A stretch of 64,000 bases of DNA from Felis catus (lineage: Eukaryota): contig NC_058368.1 in assembly GCF_018350175.1 (NCBI RefSeq), positions 47,432,001 to 47,496,000 on the forward strand. The letters are read 5' to 3'. Position 1 is the first letter of the stretch; each line of letters begins with the position of its first letter. This document shows, in pieces, positions 39,066-50,971 of the stretch. A program made the translations under genes and the position numbers. The notes beneath the pieces are model-generated. The model had not been told where the DNA came from. It worked only from the letters and a program-made list of their open reading frames with translations, and did no database searches.

Positions 39066-40451
39066 CTAAAAAAGAAATCAGATGTTACTATAACTCTTAT
39101 AAAAACCAGTTTACTATATTTTCATACTTCCACTATATACTTATAGCTAGATTCCTAGCTATACTATTTATACTCCACACCTATAACCTCTGGCTCATTA
39201 TTTTGTATCTGATGCAACACACAACATAAGCAAACTCATGTTAAAACAAAACAGTAGTATTCATTGATAAATAAATTGCTTAAACTTTAATTACTTTCAT
39301 AGTTCAGTTAACGTATAAATACTTAGGTAATGCTTAAATAAAATAAAAAAGTAAGTTACATTATTCTCAGACAATGACTGTAAAGTGAAATCCTTTTCAG
39401 ATGATCACTGCTTCCTTACTCAATGGCAAATAATTAAGAAACTATAATAATGTAGACATGTTTTACAGAAAATCTACGAAATACCCCATAGTAAGTATCT
39501 AAAAATAAGACCAATCGTAGGAAAAAAGATTTCAAGTAAGTTCTAATTATAATCTGAACACACAAATAGTGCTTCTGTTCCTATTTCACATCTCATCGAA
39601 AACTACCATTTTTTAGCTTATTTAAAACTAAAAATAAAAATAAAAGCACCTTCGCAAGTAAAAATCAGGAATAGCATCAGAGAGTTGGATGATACCAGCC
39701 AGGTCAGATTCTGGGGAGAGCCAACTTACCTACTAGGAATTAGGAGTTCCCCTTCTAAAAATGTTTTCTGTTGTATATTCACTAAATTTTATTTTTCATA
39801 CGATTTTGTTACACTGACCATGTCTGGGAGAAAAATAAACTCATCCTTTTAAAAAATACAAACTGAGGAAGGCTTCAATCATTCACACGTGGCTGTCAGC
39901 CCAACACTGCTTTCTTTCCAACCACTAGTTCATCCAGAACTGCTGAAGGCAACTAGTTGATGGCAAACCTCAGGCGAAGATTCAGGGCAAAGGGAGAAGA
40001 GAAGGGAATCTGGGTAGATTGCCAATAAAGGGAAGGATGAGAAAGTTAACCTGGCTCTCTTTTGTCTGACCTGAGCTCTTAGGCTAGTTCTGCTGAAATC
40101 CAACCATAATTCCTAACATCATTTCTATGAAAAAATGTGAGTAAAAGAAGACGGTGTACATGCCAACTTTGAAAATACTGACGGGTTATAAGTTGGAACC
40201 ATTTCAAATGGTAGTGTTCCTGAGTTGAGGCAAAAAATCATCTATTTAGTCTTCTCAAGTATCCAGGCTTTGCAAGTTTCTGAATACAAAATAACTGCAG
40301 CAAGAATTAAGCAGAAAACTGGAAAAAATTAGATTTTGCTGCAGCACTGGGGGAAAAATTTAATTTGTTAAAACCCGACTTTTCCAAAACCATCTAGAAT
40401 ACTGTGAAAAGTACCCAAGATTTTAAACGTTAAACTAACCATGAAACTAAC

Positions 40452-40536
40452 CTTTGAATTAATGGCACTTTTGGTAAACCTCACTTTTAAGATTTCAGCA
40501 TTGTGATTCATTTCCCAAATACATGAAAATGCCAAC
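40452..40536 (-). CDS. DIS3: DIS3 exon 13
   Basis: AG/GT; 85 nt; LAFSCIWEMNHNAEI. Confidence 0.96.
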
Positions 40537-40633
40537 CTACAGGGAAAGTAGACAGTGTTGGTTAATGGGAATCAGTCAAAGTATTATGTATTATGTAAGT
40601 ATTATGTTCTTATGAAAAAACATGCATAAATAC

Positions 40634-40698
40634 CTGTCAACGTTACATCTTAAGGAACACAAGTTAGAGCTAAGCAACTCTGGAACCATGTCAATCCT
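40634..40698 (-). CDS. DIS3: DIS3 exon 12
   Basis: AG/GT; 65 nt; RIDMVPELLSSNLCSL. Confidence 0.96.
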
Positions 40699-41601
40699 CT
40701 GGAACAGAAAATAAAAAGAGTGGCAGACTACTTAGCTATAGCCATACATGTATTTGAGGTTTTATTCTCAAATAGCATTAATTTAACAAGGGGGAAAAGT
40801 CTTTGTGCATAAAACTGAGAAGATATGAAATAAGTCTAACTCTAGAAAAAGTATTTCCACACAACTGTTATAAATGGGAAGCAATAAAAGGAAATTGGAC
40901 TTCATGTCAGTGGATGTAAGTAGAAGTCCTCTCCACAGCCACTGAGCTGTCCTCCGAGCTTGCAATCTCTGCTCTGTACAGCAAGTTTGTACTAGGTAAC
41001 ACACACAAGCCTTAACAGCTCTAGGACTGGACCTTTCTCCTCCAATGCCCAACTCAAACCACATGGTGTTTCATGGTGCCACAAAATTTTTATGAAAAAA
41101 AGTCACATGGAAGAACCTTGACAATGAATTTGTAATAGACTAAGCTTAACTTTCTTTTCTATTTTCACTATTTTTCTCTGTAGGTTATGGAAGATTACTT
41201 TAAAAAGAAGAACTGGCAAATTATGACAAAACAGACTCATGACTTAACTTTAAAAGCAACAGAAAATACCTTAGTTACCCACAGCTAACAAGTTCTATGT
41301 TACATAACAACTTATATTAACTAAATCTACTTGTTATTTGGGCCACTCAATAACAAAACACATTGCAGTATCTTCACTGATTTAAAGTCACCTTTTTCTA
41401 TGTATATGCCTTTTAGCTAATTCACGTATTATTCCAGACTGTTAAGAATTCAAAAGTGCCTGTAGTTTTTACTACTGTAAAAACTACAGACTAACAATGC
41501 ACAACTCACATAATAGTTATTCATCCTATTTCACTAAATACTGAGGCTGGATACACCCTTCTCAGGAAACACCTCAGATGATTTACTATTAAAAATAAAA
41601 C

Positions 41602-41790
41602 AGGGGCACTTGGGTGCCTGAGTATCTGACTTTGGTTCAGGTCATGATCTCGTAGTTTGTGAGCTCGAGCTCCACATCGGGCTCTCTACGGTCAGCACAG
41701 AGCCTGCTTCAGATCCTCTGTCTCGCTCTCTCTCTCTCTGACTCTCCCCCACTCACTCTGATAAACATAAAAATATAAAAAAAAAAAAAC
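41602..41790 (+). mobile_element. Can-SINE
   Basis: SINEC body, A tail. Confidence 0.88.
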
Positions 41791-41852
41791 AACAGATAAT
41801 GAAAAAGTTACAAGCATGTGTCAAAATTCCATTTTAAATTTAACTCATTTAC

Positions 41853-41954
41853 CTTTTCACAAAGATACACTGTTGTTCCCCTTCTGGCTGACTCTTGATC
41901 CAAAGCATTTCCTGGCCTAATAAAATGGCTAACATCTGCAATATGAACACCAAC
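41853..41954 (-). CDS. DIS3: DIS3 exon 11
   Basis: AG/GT; 102 nt; [11 protein letters not shown]. Confidence 0.96.
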
Positions 41955-42211
41955 CTTAAAAAGATAAAAATAAAAGGATGTCTACAGGTTTAATTGGATA
42001 AATGTACTAATGGAATTCAAATGAAAAGAAATATAGCAAAACTGACAAAGCACAGTCACGTTTACCGTTTCAACTTTGACACATGCCCATTTAGTCACTG
42101 CAGCTATAACTGACTAGGCATGAATAATTCACAAATTCTACAATGGGTCAAAAGAAAATGAACTCAAAAACAGAACTATGTATTTGGATAAGAGCATCAC
42201 TAGAAGAATAC

Positions 42212-42328
42212 CTCCAAATTTCCATTTTCAAGTTCTCTACAATGCAGAGCATCATCTATATCAGTACATCCCGGTGGGTCCACACTACAAACACACAGAT
42301 GTCTTAGGTCTTCTCGGTTTTTCATGTC
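42212..42328 (-). CDS. DIS3: DIS3 exon 10 (RNB catalytic motif)
   Basis: AG/GT; 117 nt; [15 protein letters not shown] gives D479/D485/D487/D488 by cumulative codon count. Confidence 0.97.
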
Positions 42329-42687
42329 CTAGAAGATGCCACATTATTAAGAAATAAAAACTATTTTGATAGTACAAATCAAACAGCTCTTACAAAATCA
42401 ACAATCTCTATACATGTTAAAGGAAACTTTATTAAAAATAACCACACATTATGATCTGTAACATATGGTTTCTTCACCTTTGAACAATTTGACATAAGCT
42501 AGTGTTGGTTTCCCAGAAAAACATTATCTTTGAATAAAACAAATGATTTTTTTTAATACCTCAGAGTTCTATATCTAACTAAATGCGAGTAAGGGATTAT
42601 GGTTTCTATGTATTTAAAAAAACATACAGAAATCAAATTAGCCCAGACAGAGTAATTTATAAAGTCATTACATTCTTTTCAACTTAC

Positions 42688-42834
42688 CTTTTCAGTAATG
42701 CTCCAGGGCATCTTTGGTAGAAAGCTAAGAACAGCCTGGGAAAAAGGCTGATGGGGAACGTCATGCTCAAGCAACAGAACTTCTGTTTCAGTCTCTTTAT
42801 CTCCAACTTCACCTAAGTTTTTTACAAAGTGTCC
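42688..42834 (-). CDS. DIS3: DIS3 exon 9
   Basis: AG/GT; 147 nt; GHFVKNLGEVGDKETETEVLLLEH. Confidence 0.96.
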
Positions 42835-42968
42835 CTAAGGCCAAAAAGTATTATTAAAAAGGTGAATTTAACAGCTTTTTGTTTGGTCATTTATGTTTTA
42901 TTATTACATTAAATTCTTGGAACATTTATATATCACCTTAGAATTTCTAAATGTTCCCAACGCTTTTT

Positions 42969-43261
42969 CATTTTTTTTAATGTTCATTTTTGAGAGAAAG
43001 AGAGAACGTGTGTACGATGGGGAAGGGACAGAGAAGCGGGGGGGGGGGGGGGTTGGGGGGAACAGAGGATCTGAAGTGGGCTCTGTGCTGACAGCAGAGA
43101 GCCCAATGCAGAGCTCAAACTCACAAACCATGAGATCATGACCTGAGCCGAAGCTGAAGTCGGATGCTTAACCAACTGAGCCACCCAGGTGTCCCCCAAT
43201 GCTTTTTAAATTTTTTTTTTAATGTTTATTTATTTTTGAGAGAGCGCATGAATGGGGGAGG

Positions 43262-43302
<41 letters not shown>

Positions 43303-43430
43303 TATGAAGCAGGCTCCAGGCTCTGAGCTGCCAGCACAGAGCCTGATGTGGGGCTTGAATCCACAGACCGCAAGATCATGACCTGAACCGAAATCGGTCA
43401 CTAACCAACTGAGGCACCCAGGTGCGCCCC
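42969..43430 (-). mobile_element. Two tandem Can-SINEs
   Basis: Heads end at about 43196 and 43430; target motif CAA(C/T)GCTTTTT present three times. Confidence 0.9.
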
Positions 43431-43855
43431 CCCCACCCCCCAATGCTTTTTAAAAATGAGTCTATAAATCTCAAATGATTTAGGATGGAGACTTCCCAAG
43501 GGCCCAATTTTTATACAGCAAAGTGTCTGTTTGTTTCCAATGATCTTTAAAGTTTAAAATGTACTTCAAATACAGTAGCTTCAAAATTTATTAGAATCTA
43601 CTAAGGTTTCAAACACCATTATCAAAAGCTATTTGTTAGGAAATTTGAGTAAAAACAATCAAATGATTTACATTACAATTTCATGACATTAATTTTCAAA
43701 CAGGATATACCACTTATTAGGTAACTTTGCAGCATATTCCTACATTCCAGTATGAATTTTATTATAAAAGCAGATTCTACTTTAACTAAAAGAAGCAATT
43801 TTATATCCAATTCTTAATTTAATATTCTAAGGTAAAATAAATCATTCAAGCTTAC

Positions 43856-43993
43856 GTTTGGATATCTGGAATTTCTGGGCCAACCATCAATAGCAACAAT
43901 AATTCTCCTTCCTTCTAATGTAGAAGCCTGTCTGGTTTCTATTCGAATTCTAGGGATTCTCTTATCAGCAGGGGTAAACAGATGTCTTCTTGA
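43856..43993 (-). CDS. DIS3: DIS3 exon 8
   Basis: AG/GT; 138 nt; SRRHLFTPADKRIPRIRIETRQ. Confidence 0.96.
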
Positions 43994-44119
43994 CTAAAGA
44001 AAATCAGGACAGTAGATTTTACATACAGACATACAAATTTGAGGATAAGGGCATGGGGAGGCTTCTAAGTTCTTTTAATGGGTATTACTTTTAATTACAT
44101 TAACATACTCTTTACTCAC

Positions 44120-44233
44120 CTCTTTAATATCAGACTTGGAAAGCATGCCACAATATGGTCTCCAATTTCTTTTTATTATTCCTACAACTCTACCTGTAGG
44201 TTTTAACATTTTTTCATTTACAGCAGTCTTAAG
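44120..44233 (-). CDS. DIS3: DIS3 exon 7
   Basis: AG/GT; 114 nt; KPTGRVVGIIKRNWRPYCG. Confidence 0.96.
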
Positions 44234-44503
44234 CTGAGATTTAAAAATAAAAATACTCAAGTTATTTTCCTCCAAGTATGAGACAATTTCTCTCCAAAAT
44301 CAGAATATGAATATAAATACTAATACTTTCAGGCAGTAAATTATGACATAGAGCTACAGAATCTTGATGCCTCAAAATTCTGAGAACATGCCAAACCAAA
44401 CCATGGAAATAGTTCCATAATAATAAAGCACTATAAAAACAATCAAAAAACAAAGAAAAAATATAAATATAACTGAATATGTTAGAACTCAACTCTTCAG
44501 TTT

Positions 44504-44662
44504 ATAGACACACACACACACGCGCGCGCGCGTGCGCGCGTATTTATAGGATCCATGCCCAGCATGGAGCCCAAAGCAGGGCTTGAACTTACGACCCTTA
44601 GATCAAGACCTGAGCTGAGATCAGGAGTCAGATGCATAACCACCTGAGCCACCCAGGCACCC
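44504..44662 (-). mobile_element. Short Can-SINE with a (CA)n(CG)n tail
   Basis: 16-bp TSD CTCAACTCTTCAGTTT at 44488 and 44663. Confidence 0.88.
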
Positions 44663-44696
44663 CTCAACTCTTCAGTTTTAATACAAGGATTTACTG

Positions 44697-44700
<4 letters not shown>

Positions 44701-44729
<29 letters not shown>
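44701..44729. repeat. (AC)n microsatellite
   Basis: Direct reading. Confidence 0.92.
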
Positions 44730-44732
<3 letters not shown>

Positions 44733-45556
44733 CTGGGAATTAACAGACTAGGATTTTAGTAGCAGTTTGCACTAAATAGCTACGTGGCAACTATTAATTC
44801 ATTACAAAGAGATACCTTTAGAGGTTCTTCCTTATCTAAAATAAAAACCCAAATAAAAAGTATTTTTTAGAAATAGCTGAGGGATTTTACGGTATTTCAA
44901 CTTCAACGCTTTCCTATGGCCTCGACTCTGCAAGGATGTTAACAGCAAAACTCTAGAACACTGAAAATAATTCATAGAAAAAGAACTACTAACGTGAATT
45001 TCAACTATTTGTGTTATTCTTATAATTCTAAAATACAGAAATAAATGAGTCCTATCAGGTAGACTTTAGATCATGAGAAATGAGTGAAAGCATTCTCTTC
45101 ACAGTAAATACGGTAACAGAGAAGGAACTAAAACATATAGGCCCTTTATGTGAGGGCCTATAGGTACATCTATTATGATGATGGGATTTTAATATTACTT
45201 AAAAGCAACTCAGAAAATTTCAAATTTGTATTTACTTAAACCTCACTAATTCAGACAGATCATGTAACTGAATGGCAAAATTAAAAGTTTCATAAGCAAG
45301 TTACAGTCGTTTTGCATTTAAACCCATTTATTTGAGCAAACTAAGATATTAAGATACTAATTGAAAAGAAAACTATTTAAATACTTAACAGGGAAAATAA
45401 TCAACTATGTGTATAAAATGTATTAAACGCACAGAACTATAATCTTAATCAGTAAATCTGAAAGCAGTGAAACTTGTTTCATTTTCTCCAAAGCTAAAAC
45501 ATAAGTGAACTAAACAAAGCTACACAGACAAAAGATAAACCTGCTTGGTTTCATAC

Positions 45557-45721
45557 AATGCGTTCTCTCTCCTCTTCTTTTTCCAGATCATCTTCATTTT
45601 GCCCTTCATCGTGTAAAACCACAGAAGATGGTGCCACCCACTGATTCTTCGGAAGAAGCTCTACAGCCACAATATCTTCATGAACAGCTCGGTTTAAATG
45701 TTTAAGTCCCTGTAAGATTAT
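45557..45721 (-). CDS. DIS3: DIS3 exon 6
   Basis: AG/GT; 165 nt; IILQGLKHLNRAVHEDIVAVELLP. Confidence 0.96.
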
Positions 45722-46468
45722 CTGTGTAAAACAGCAAATGACATGTGCCCAGATATTTTTAATGACAATATAAGAATGGGAAGGCTGCCTCACAGAAGAG
45801 ATATCCTGAATGTTTCTACGTATCTCCAGTTCTCCTTTATATTTTTTCCTCTTCTATAGTGTCCCTTTACTCTGTCCTCTCAATTTCTCAATATCAAGTT
45901 GAGAATACATGTCGGAAAGTAGGGGCTGTGTTCATGGCTCCACCATAAATAACTCTTACTTTAGTACCAAAAGATCTTGGGACAATTTCTTAATCTAAAT
46001 CTCAGGGTACAGACAGGTAGCATGAAAAAGAGTACCTGCTTTCATAAGCACAGGTGGAAATTAAGTGAAATGCGGCATTCAAAGCATTTAAAAGACTACC
46101 TGGCAAATAGTGAGCACCCAAAAATGATTACTATTTGCTTTAAAGTGTGTGAAGCCTTCTGGAGCAATTCTGTTATGTAAACAGCATGTCACATAACTAG
46201 CCATCATTCAGAAAACAGGCGCAGCCTACCTTTTGATTAAATTTTCATTTTCTTAAAAATGGCTAAATAAAAAGTTCTTTTCTTCAATAAGAAGTTTTCT
46301 AAAATAGTGATTCATTCTATTATCTATGATCTCTCACATAGCTGCCTTTAAGCTGATACACTTTGAAGGGTAAATTTAAATTCTCATACAAAATTTTAAA
46401 CACCGATGAAAGAAATCATGAACAAAAACTATTTTACTGCATGTGGAATTTATGTACACAACACTTGC

Positions 46469-46636
46469 CTCTTTATTTTCTTCATCATCTCCATGAACCC
46501 ATACTGTAGCTTCTAAGTAATTTTCCCTGCTGGCTCTAAATGTTCCCTGAAGGTATGTACCAGATTTTATGCCCTGTTGCAGCTTACTTAAAGGAAGATG
46601 CTCTGAAAATATTATTCTTCCACTTTCTATTTCATT
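46469..46636 (-). CDS. DIS3: DIS3 exon 5 (GC donor)
   Basis: AG acceptor; 168 nt; ends EENKE followed by GCAAGT. Confidence 0.93.
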
Positions 46637-46774
46637 CTGTGAAATAAGCAAACCAAAAGATGTGGTTAGTATGTGAATCTTCCACACGCTCCATACACAA
46701 CTATTATCATCACTATCAGGTATTGTTTTTAAAAGACCTTCCACATTATGGAATACACAGCTCCAGTATACATA

Positions 46775-46915
46775 GCACAGTAAGAAAAAAATTTTATTCT
46801 TAGGGCAACTTAACACAAATATTTCAATTTCATTACAATCAGGCACAGTAAGAAAAAAATTCTTTCTATTTTTAGGGCAACTTACACAAATATTTCAATT
46901 TCATTACAATCAGGC
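46775..46915. repeat. Tandem duplication, two copies of about 70 bp
   Basis: GCACAGTAAGAAAAAAAT...CACAAATATTTCAATTTCATTACAATCAG occurs twice. Confidence 0.9.
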
Positions 46916-48500
46916 GTTTAGCCACAGATGTCACTAATAAATTCTGCGTGTCCCTTCCTCCCACACCAGGCCTCCCAAAATGAAGGTGTGTAGTTAGCAG
47001 GTCAGATGAGTGGGTAGGTAAGTAAAGTGTTTTTGAAGGCTCAGTTCCATGAACAGAGTGCATTTACAAGAAAAGAACAAAAAAAGCTGTTTCTATTTTG
47101 GACATGTTAAATAGTTAAGAAATAAGATAGAAGCAGGTCAGGAAGTGCTTCAAGTCTGCCACAACACCTGTTAGGATTCTTAGAGACCTCAACATCCAAA
47201 ACCCGCACTGCTTGGCTCCTTTAACTACCCTTTTCATCTCCCACAATTTTCCACCTTCCAAGGAGATAACTTTATTCCTTCTCCTTTTATCTTTAACTCT
47301 CCCATTTCCCTGTTTTCCTGCCTCACTCAGATGAGAGACTTCAATCTCCATACTGAGAATCAAAAGCAGTCACTAGAGACCTACCTCATCCTCCAACCAT
47401 TGCATCCACCCACCTACCTGATCGATACCAAAACCTCAGATTTCTCTCTTGCAACAATGAATAGAATGATTCTGTTCTTTTGGTTGGGCACTGCTATCTC
47501 CTCTGCTCCATTCAAGGACTCTGTCCTGTGATGATCTCCTCTCTAGGGTCAAATTCCCCCCCTACCCCCACTACAACATTCGTACCATCATATCAACTTG
47601 GAATAACCTAGTAAATATGGTTAATTAATTTTAGGTTCTCTGGCCTGACCACTCTGTTCCACTTGACACCAATATGCCACCAAAGCATTATCTGTAATTG
47701 CTGTGTATCTCCTTCTTCACCCACACCCTCAGGAATCCATTATAATCAAGTTTCACTGTCAGTCAACGAAAGCCATTACTGTTGAGGTCGCTAATAATAT
47801 ATTGTCTCAGCTACTTCAGTGCTCCATTCTCAGTCTGACCAAGACTTCTTCAAATGACCTTTCCTTCCCTGAGACCCTTTAGCATCCAAATCATCCTTCC
47901 TTGGGTTTGTCACAGTTCTCTGGCAGCTCCTACTTAGGCTCCTCTGTGCATTCTCCTTTTCCTGATCACTAAATGTTGGGACTGTCCCAAGACTTGGTTA
48001 CAGTCTCTTTTCTTCTTTATACGTATTTATTCTCAGAACATTTCCTCTCATCGTGTCATTTCTTCCCACCTAAAACAATACCAACAAAACCTCTTGACCC
48101 CTCTTACTCTCCAAAAACCACCCCTTTTCTCTCCTTCCCATGGCAGCATCAGAAGTGTTGTAATACTGTAATCCCCCTCTTCCCATTTTCACCTATTCTA
48201 GTCAAACTTCTGCCTCCCAACCGTCAAAACTACTCTGGATAGTACCTCCCACCCCCACAAATGTCATTATGCTAAATCCAATCATCAGTTCCCATGAATT
48301 TGACTTAGCAACATTTGACACAATGATCACCCCCTCCTCCTTGAAATGTTTTCTGTACTGGGCTTCCAAGAACTTCACACTCACCTGCTTTTCCTCTTGT
48401 ATCTCATTTACTGGTTCCCCTCATGTTTCTGACTTCTTCTTAGAGAGCCCAAGGGCTCTTGGACCTCTTCTCTGTTCAGCCTACGCTCATTTCCCTATAT

Positions 48501-48713
48501 CAGGGCCACTCAAACTACGGCCCACGCACCAAGTCCAAACCGCTGCCTGGTTCTGGTAAATTACGTTTCATTGGAACACACCCAGGCTCACTCATTTATC
48601 TATTATTGATAGTTGCTCTCATGCTACAACAGCAGAATTTGTGAGAGAGACCATATAGCCTGCAAAGCTAAAAAAAAATCCACAATCTGATCCTTTACCA
48701 AAAGAGCTTGCCA
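48501..48713. mobile_element. hAT-Charlie MITE (MER58A-like)
   Basis: CAAACTACGGCCCAC...TTTCATTGGAACACA...CCTTTAC; family name from recall. Confidence 0.7.
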
Positions 48714-49720
48714 GGGAGAAAATATTTGCAGATCATGTACCTGATAAGAAACTTGTATCCAGATTATAAAAAAGAACCTTTATGACTCGGTAATAAAAAG
48801 CCAACCCAACTAAAAATCAAGCAAACCATTTGAATAGACATGTACACGCACATATATAAATTAAAAAATATATTACACATAATATACAAATGGCCAATAA
48901 GCTCATGAAAAATTGTTCAGCACCCTGTTATTAAGGAAATGCAAATTAAATCAAAACCTCAATGAGGTATCACTTGACACTCTTTATTTATTTTTTTTTA
49001 ATTTTTTTTTTCAACGTTTATTTATTTTTGGGACAGAGAGAGACAGAGCACGAACGGGCGAGGGGCAGAGAGAGAGGGAGACACAGAATCGGAAACAGGC
49101 TCCAGGCTCTAAGCCATCAGCCCAGAGCCCGATGAGGGGCTCGAACTCACAGACCGCGAGATCGTGACCTGGCTGAAGTCGGACGCTTAACCAACTGCGC
49201 CACCCAGGCGCCCCCACTTGACACTCTTTAAAATGGCTATAATGAAAAAGATAGACAACATGTACTGACGAGAATATGGAGAAACTGGAACTCTCATACA
49301 CTGCTGGCAGAAATGTAAACTGCGGCACACACTGGGAAACAGTCTGGCAGATCGTCAAAAAGTTAAACGTAAAATTACCATACGATGAAGCAAGTCCACT
49401 TGCACATACCTAACTATGTATCAAAGAAAAACAAAGGTGGCCAAGAAAGACCACATTTTACATTACTCCATTTATATGAAATGGGACAGCTTACAGAGAT
49501 AGGTTAGCAGTTGGGTGGGGCTAAAGCAAAGGCATTTCAGGGACAGACTGAGATCGAGTGGTAATGGATATGAATTTATTTTGGAAGAGAAGACAATGTT
49601 CTAAAATTGGATTGTGGTGATGGCTGCACAATCTTGTAACTATACTAAAAAATGTACGTCTTAAATAGATGGGTTGCATGGTATGGGACTTATACTTCAA
49701 CAAACCTATTTAAAAAAAAA
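48714..49720 (+). mobile_element. Old L1 3' fragment interrupted by a SINE
   Basis: Degenerate ORF2 end (AATATTTGCAGATCAT, CAAATGGCCAATAAG, CACTGCTGGCAGAAATGTAAAC) and L1M-type 3' UTR. Confidence 0.75.
48987..49214 (-). mobile_element. Young Can-SINE
   Basis: Perfect 16-bp TSD CACTTGACACTCTTTA at 48971 and 49215. Confidence 0.93.
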
Positions 49721-50624
49721 GTCGTCTATGCCAATCCCGGCCTCACATATTCTCATTTGGTCTTGTGGCTTTATATGCCACCTGTATGTTGATGAGATCC
49801 ACATTCATCTCTCTAGTATGTCTGTTATGTCTAGTCCTAAACTCTCTCAAGGGCTACAGATTTGCATATCCAACTGCTCATACCATAAAGCCCGACAGCT
49901 CTAACAGTTACCTCAAACTTAAATGTCTGAAATCGTACCTCTGATTTTTCACTCAATCTCACTCGCTCCCTTCAACCTGTGTAAATAAAGCAATACTAGC
50001 CACCTAGTTGCTCAGGTAAAACACCTAAGGTCATCCATATTTTTCATAGCCCCAACCAATCTACACCAAGTCCTAAAACATCTATCTGTAACATATACCC
50101 AATATCTGACTACTTCCCACTACCTTAACTGCTACCACCATGGTCCAATTTTCTACCCTGCCGAGTCCTAAAATATCCTGACTAGAGGACCCTGCTTCTA
50201 ATCTGTTCTCTTAGAGCAGCCAGATGGATCTTATTATTCTCCCATTCAACCTCTGTCCAGCACTCATGGACTAAAATCTAAGGTGTTCACCATGACTCAT
50301 TAAATCCTATGTGATCTGGTCCCTGCCTTATTGTTCACTTCATTTATAACATTTTCTCCCTTGCTTACTCTATCCTAGGCACACTTTTCACTGTCTCTGG
50401 ATCTTGCCAACTTATTCTAACCTCAGAGCCTTTGAACTTGCTAGCCTTCTTCTGTAAGAAATGCTCTTCCCCAGTTACTAACATGGTTAATGCCCTAACA
50501 TAATTCAACTAAAACGTCCCTGTCTTGAAGCAAATTTGCTTAGTTAGTATCCTTTACATCTCAGCTTAGACATTACTTGCACCAGGAAGCCTTGACATCA
50601 CAAATCTGGATTAGGTACTAAGTA

Positions 50625-50971
50625 CAGTCAGTTCTCCTATGCTTGTTTTGAAAACATGAATGGGTTCTGATGCAACTAACATATTAAAAGATACTGGGTG
50701 AACACAGGAAACTGCAGCTAGCTGAACAAAGCCGCTCAGGACCCCGCAAAACACACTCACCTCTCCAACGTCTGTTACCTCAGATTCCACATCATCTTTA
50801 CGTACCTAACAACTTTTTGTCCAAATTTAGATAACTCTCTTTCCACCACTTCACTCAGTTTTTGAGTGTGCCCCAAGCTCATTTTCCCGTTAGCTCTGCT
50901 GCCTTTAATACATGAATTTGCATGACACAGTGAACTTGAATATACATGTTGTATTACAACAGAACTGGCTG
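50625..50971. mobile_element. Old TcMar-Tigger-type element
   Basis: TA + CAGTCAGTTCT at left, AGAACTGGCTG at right (TIR pair). Confidence 0.55.
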
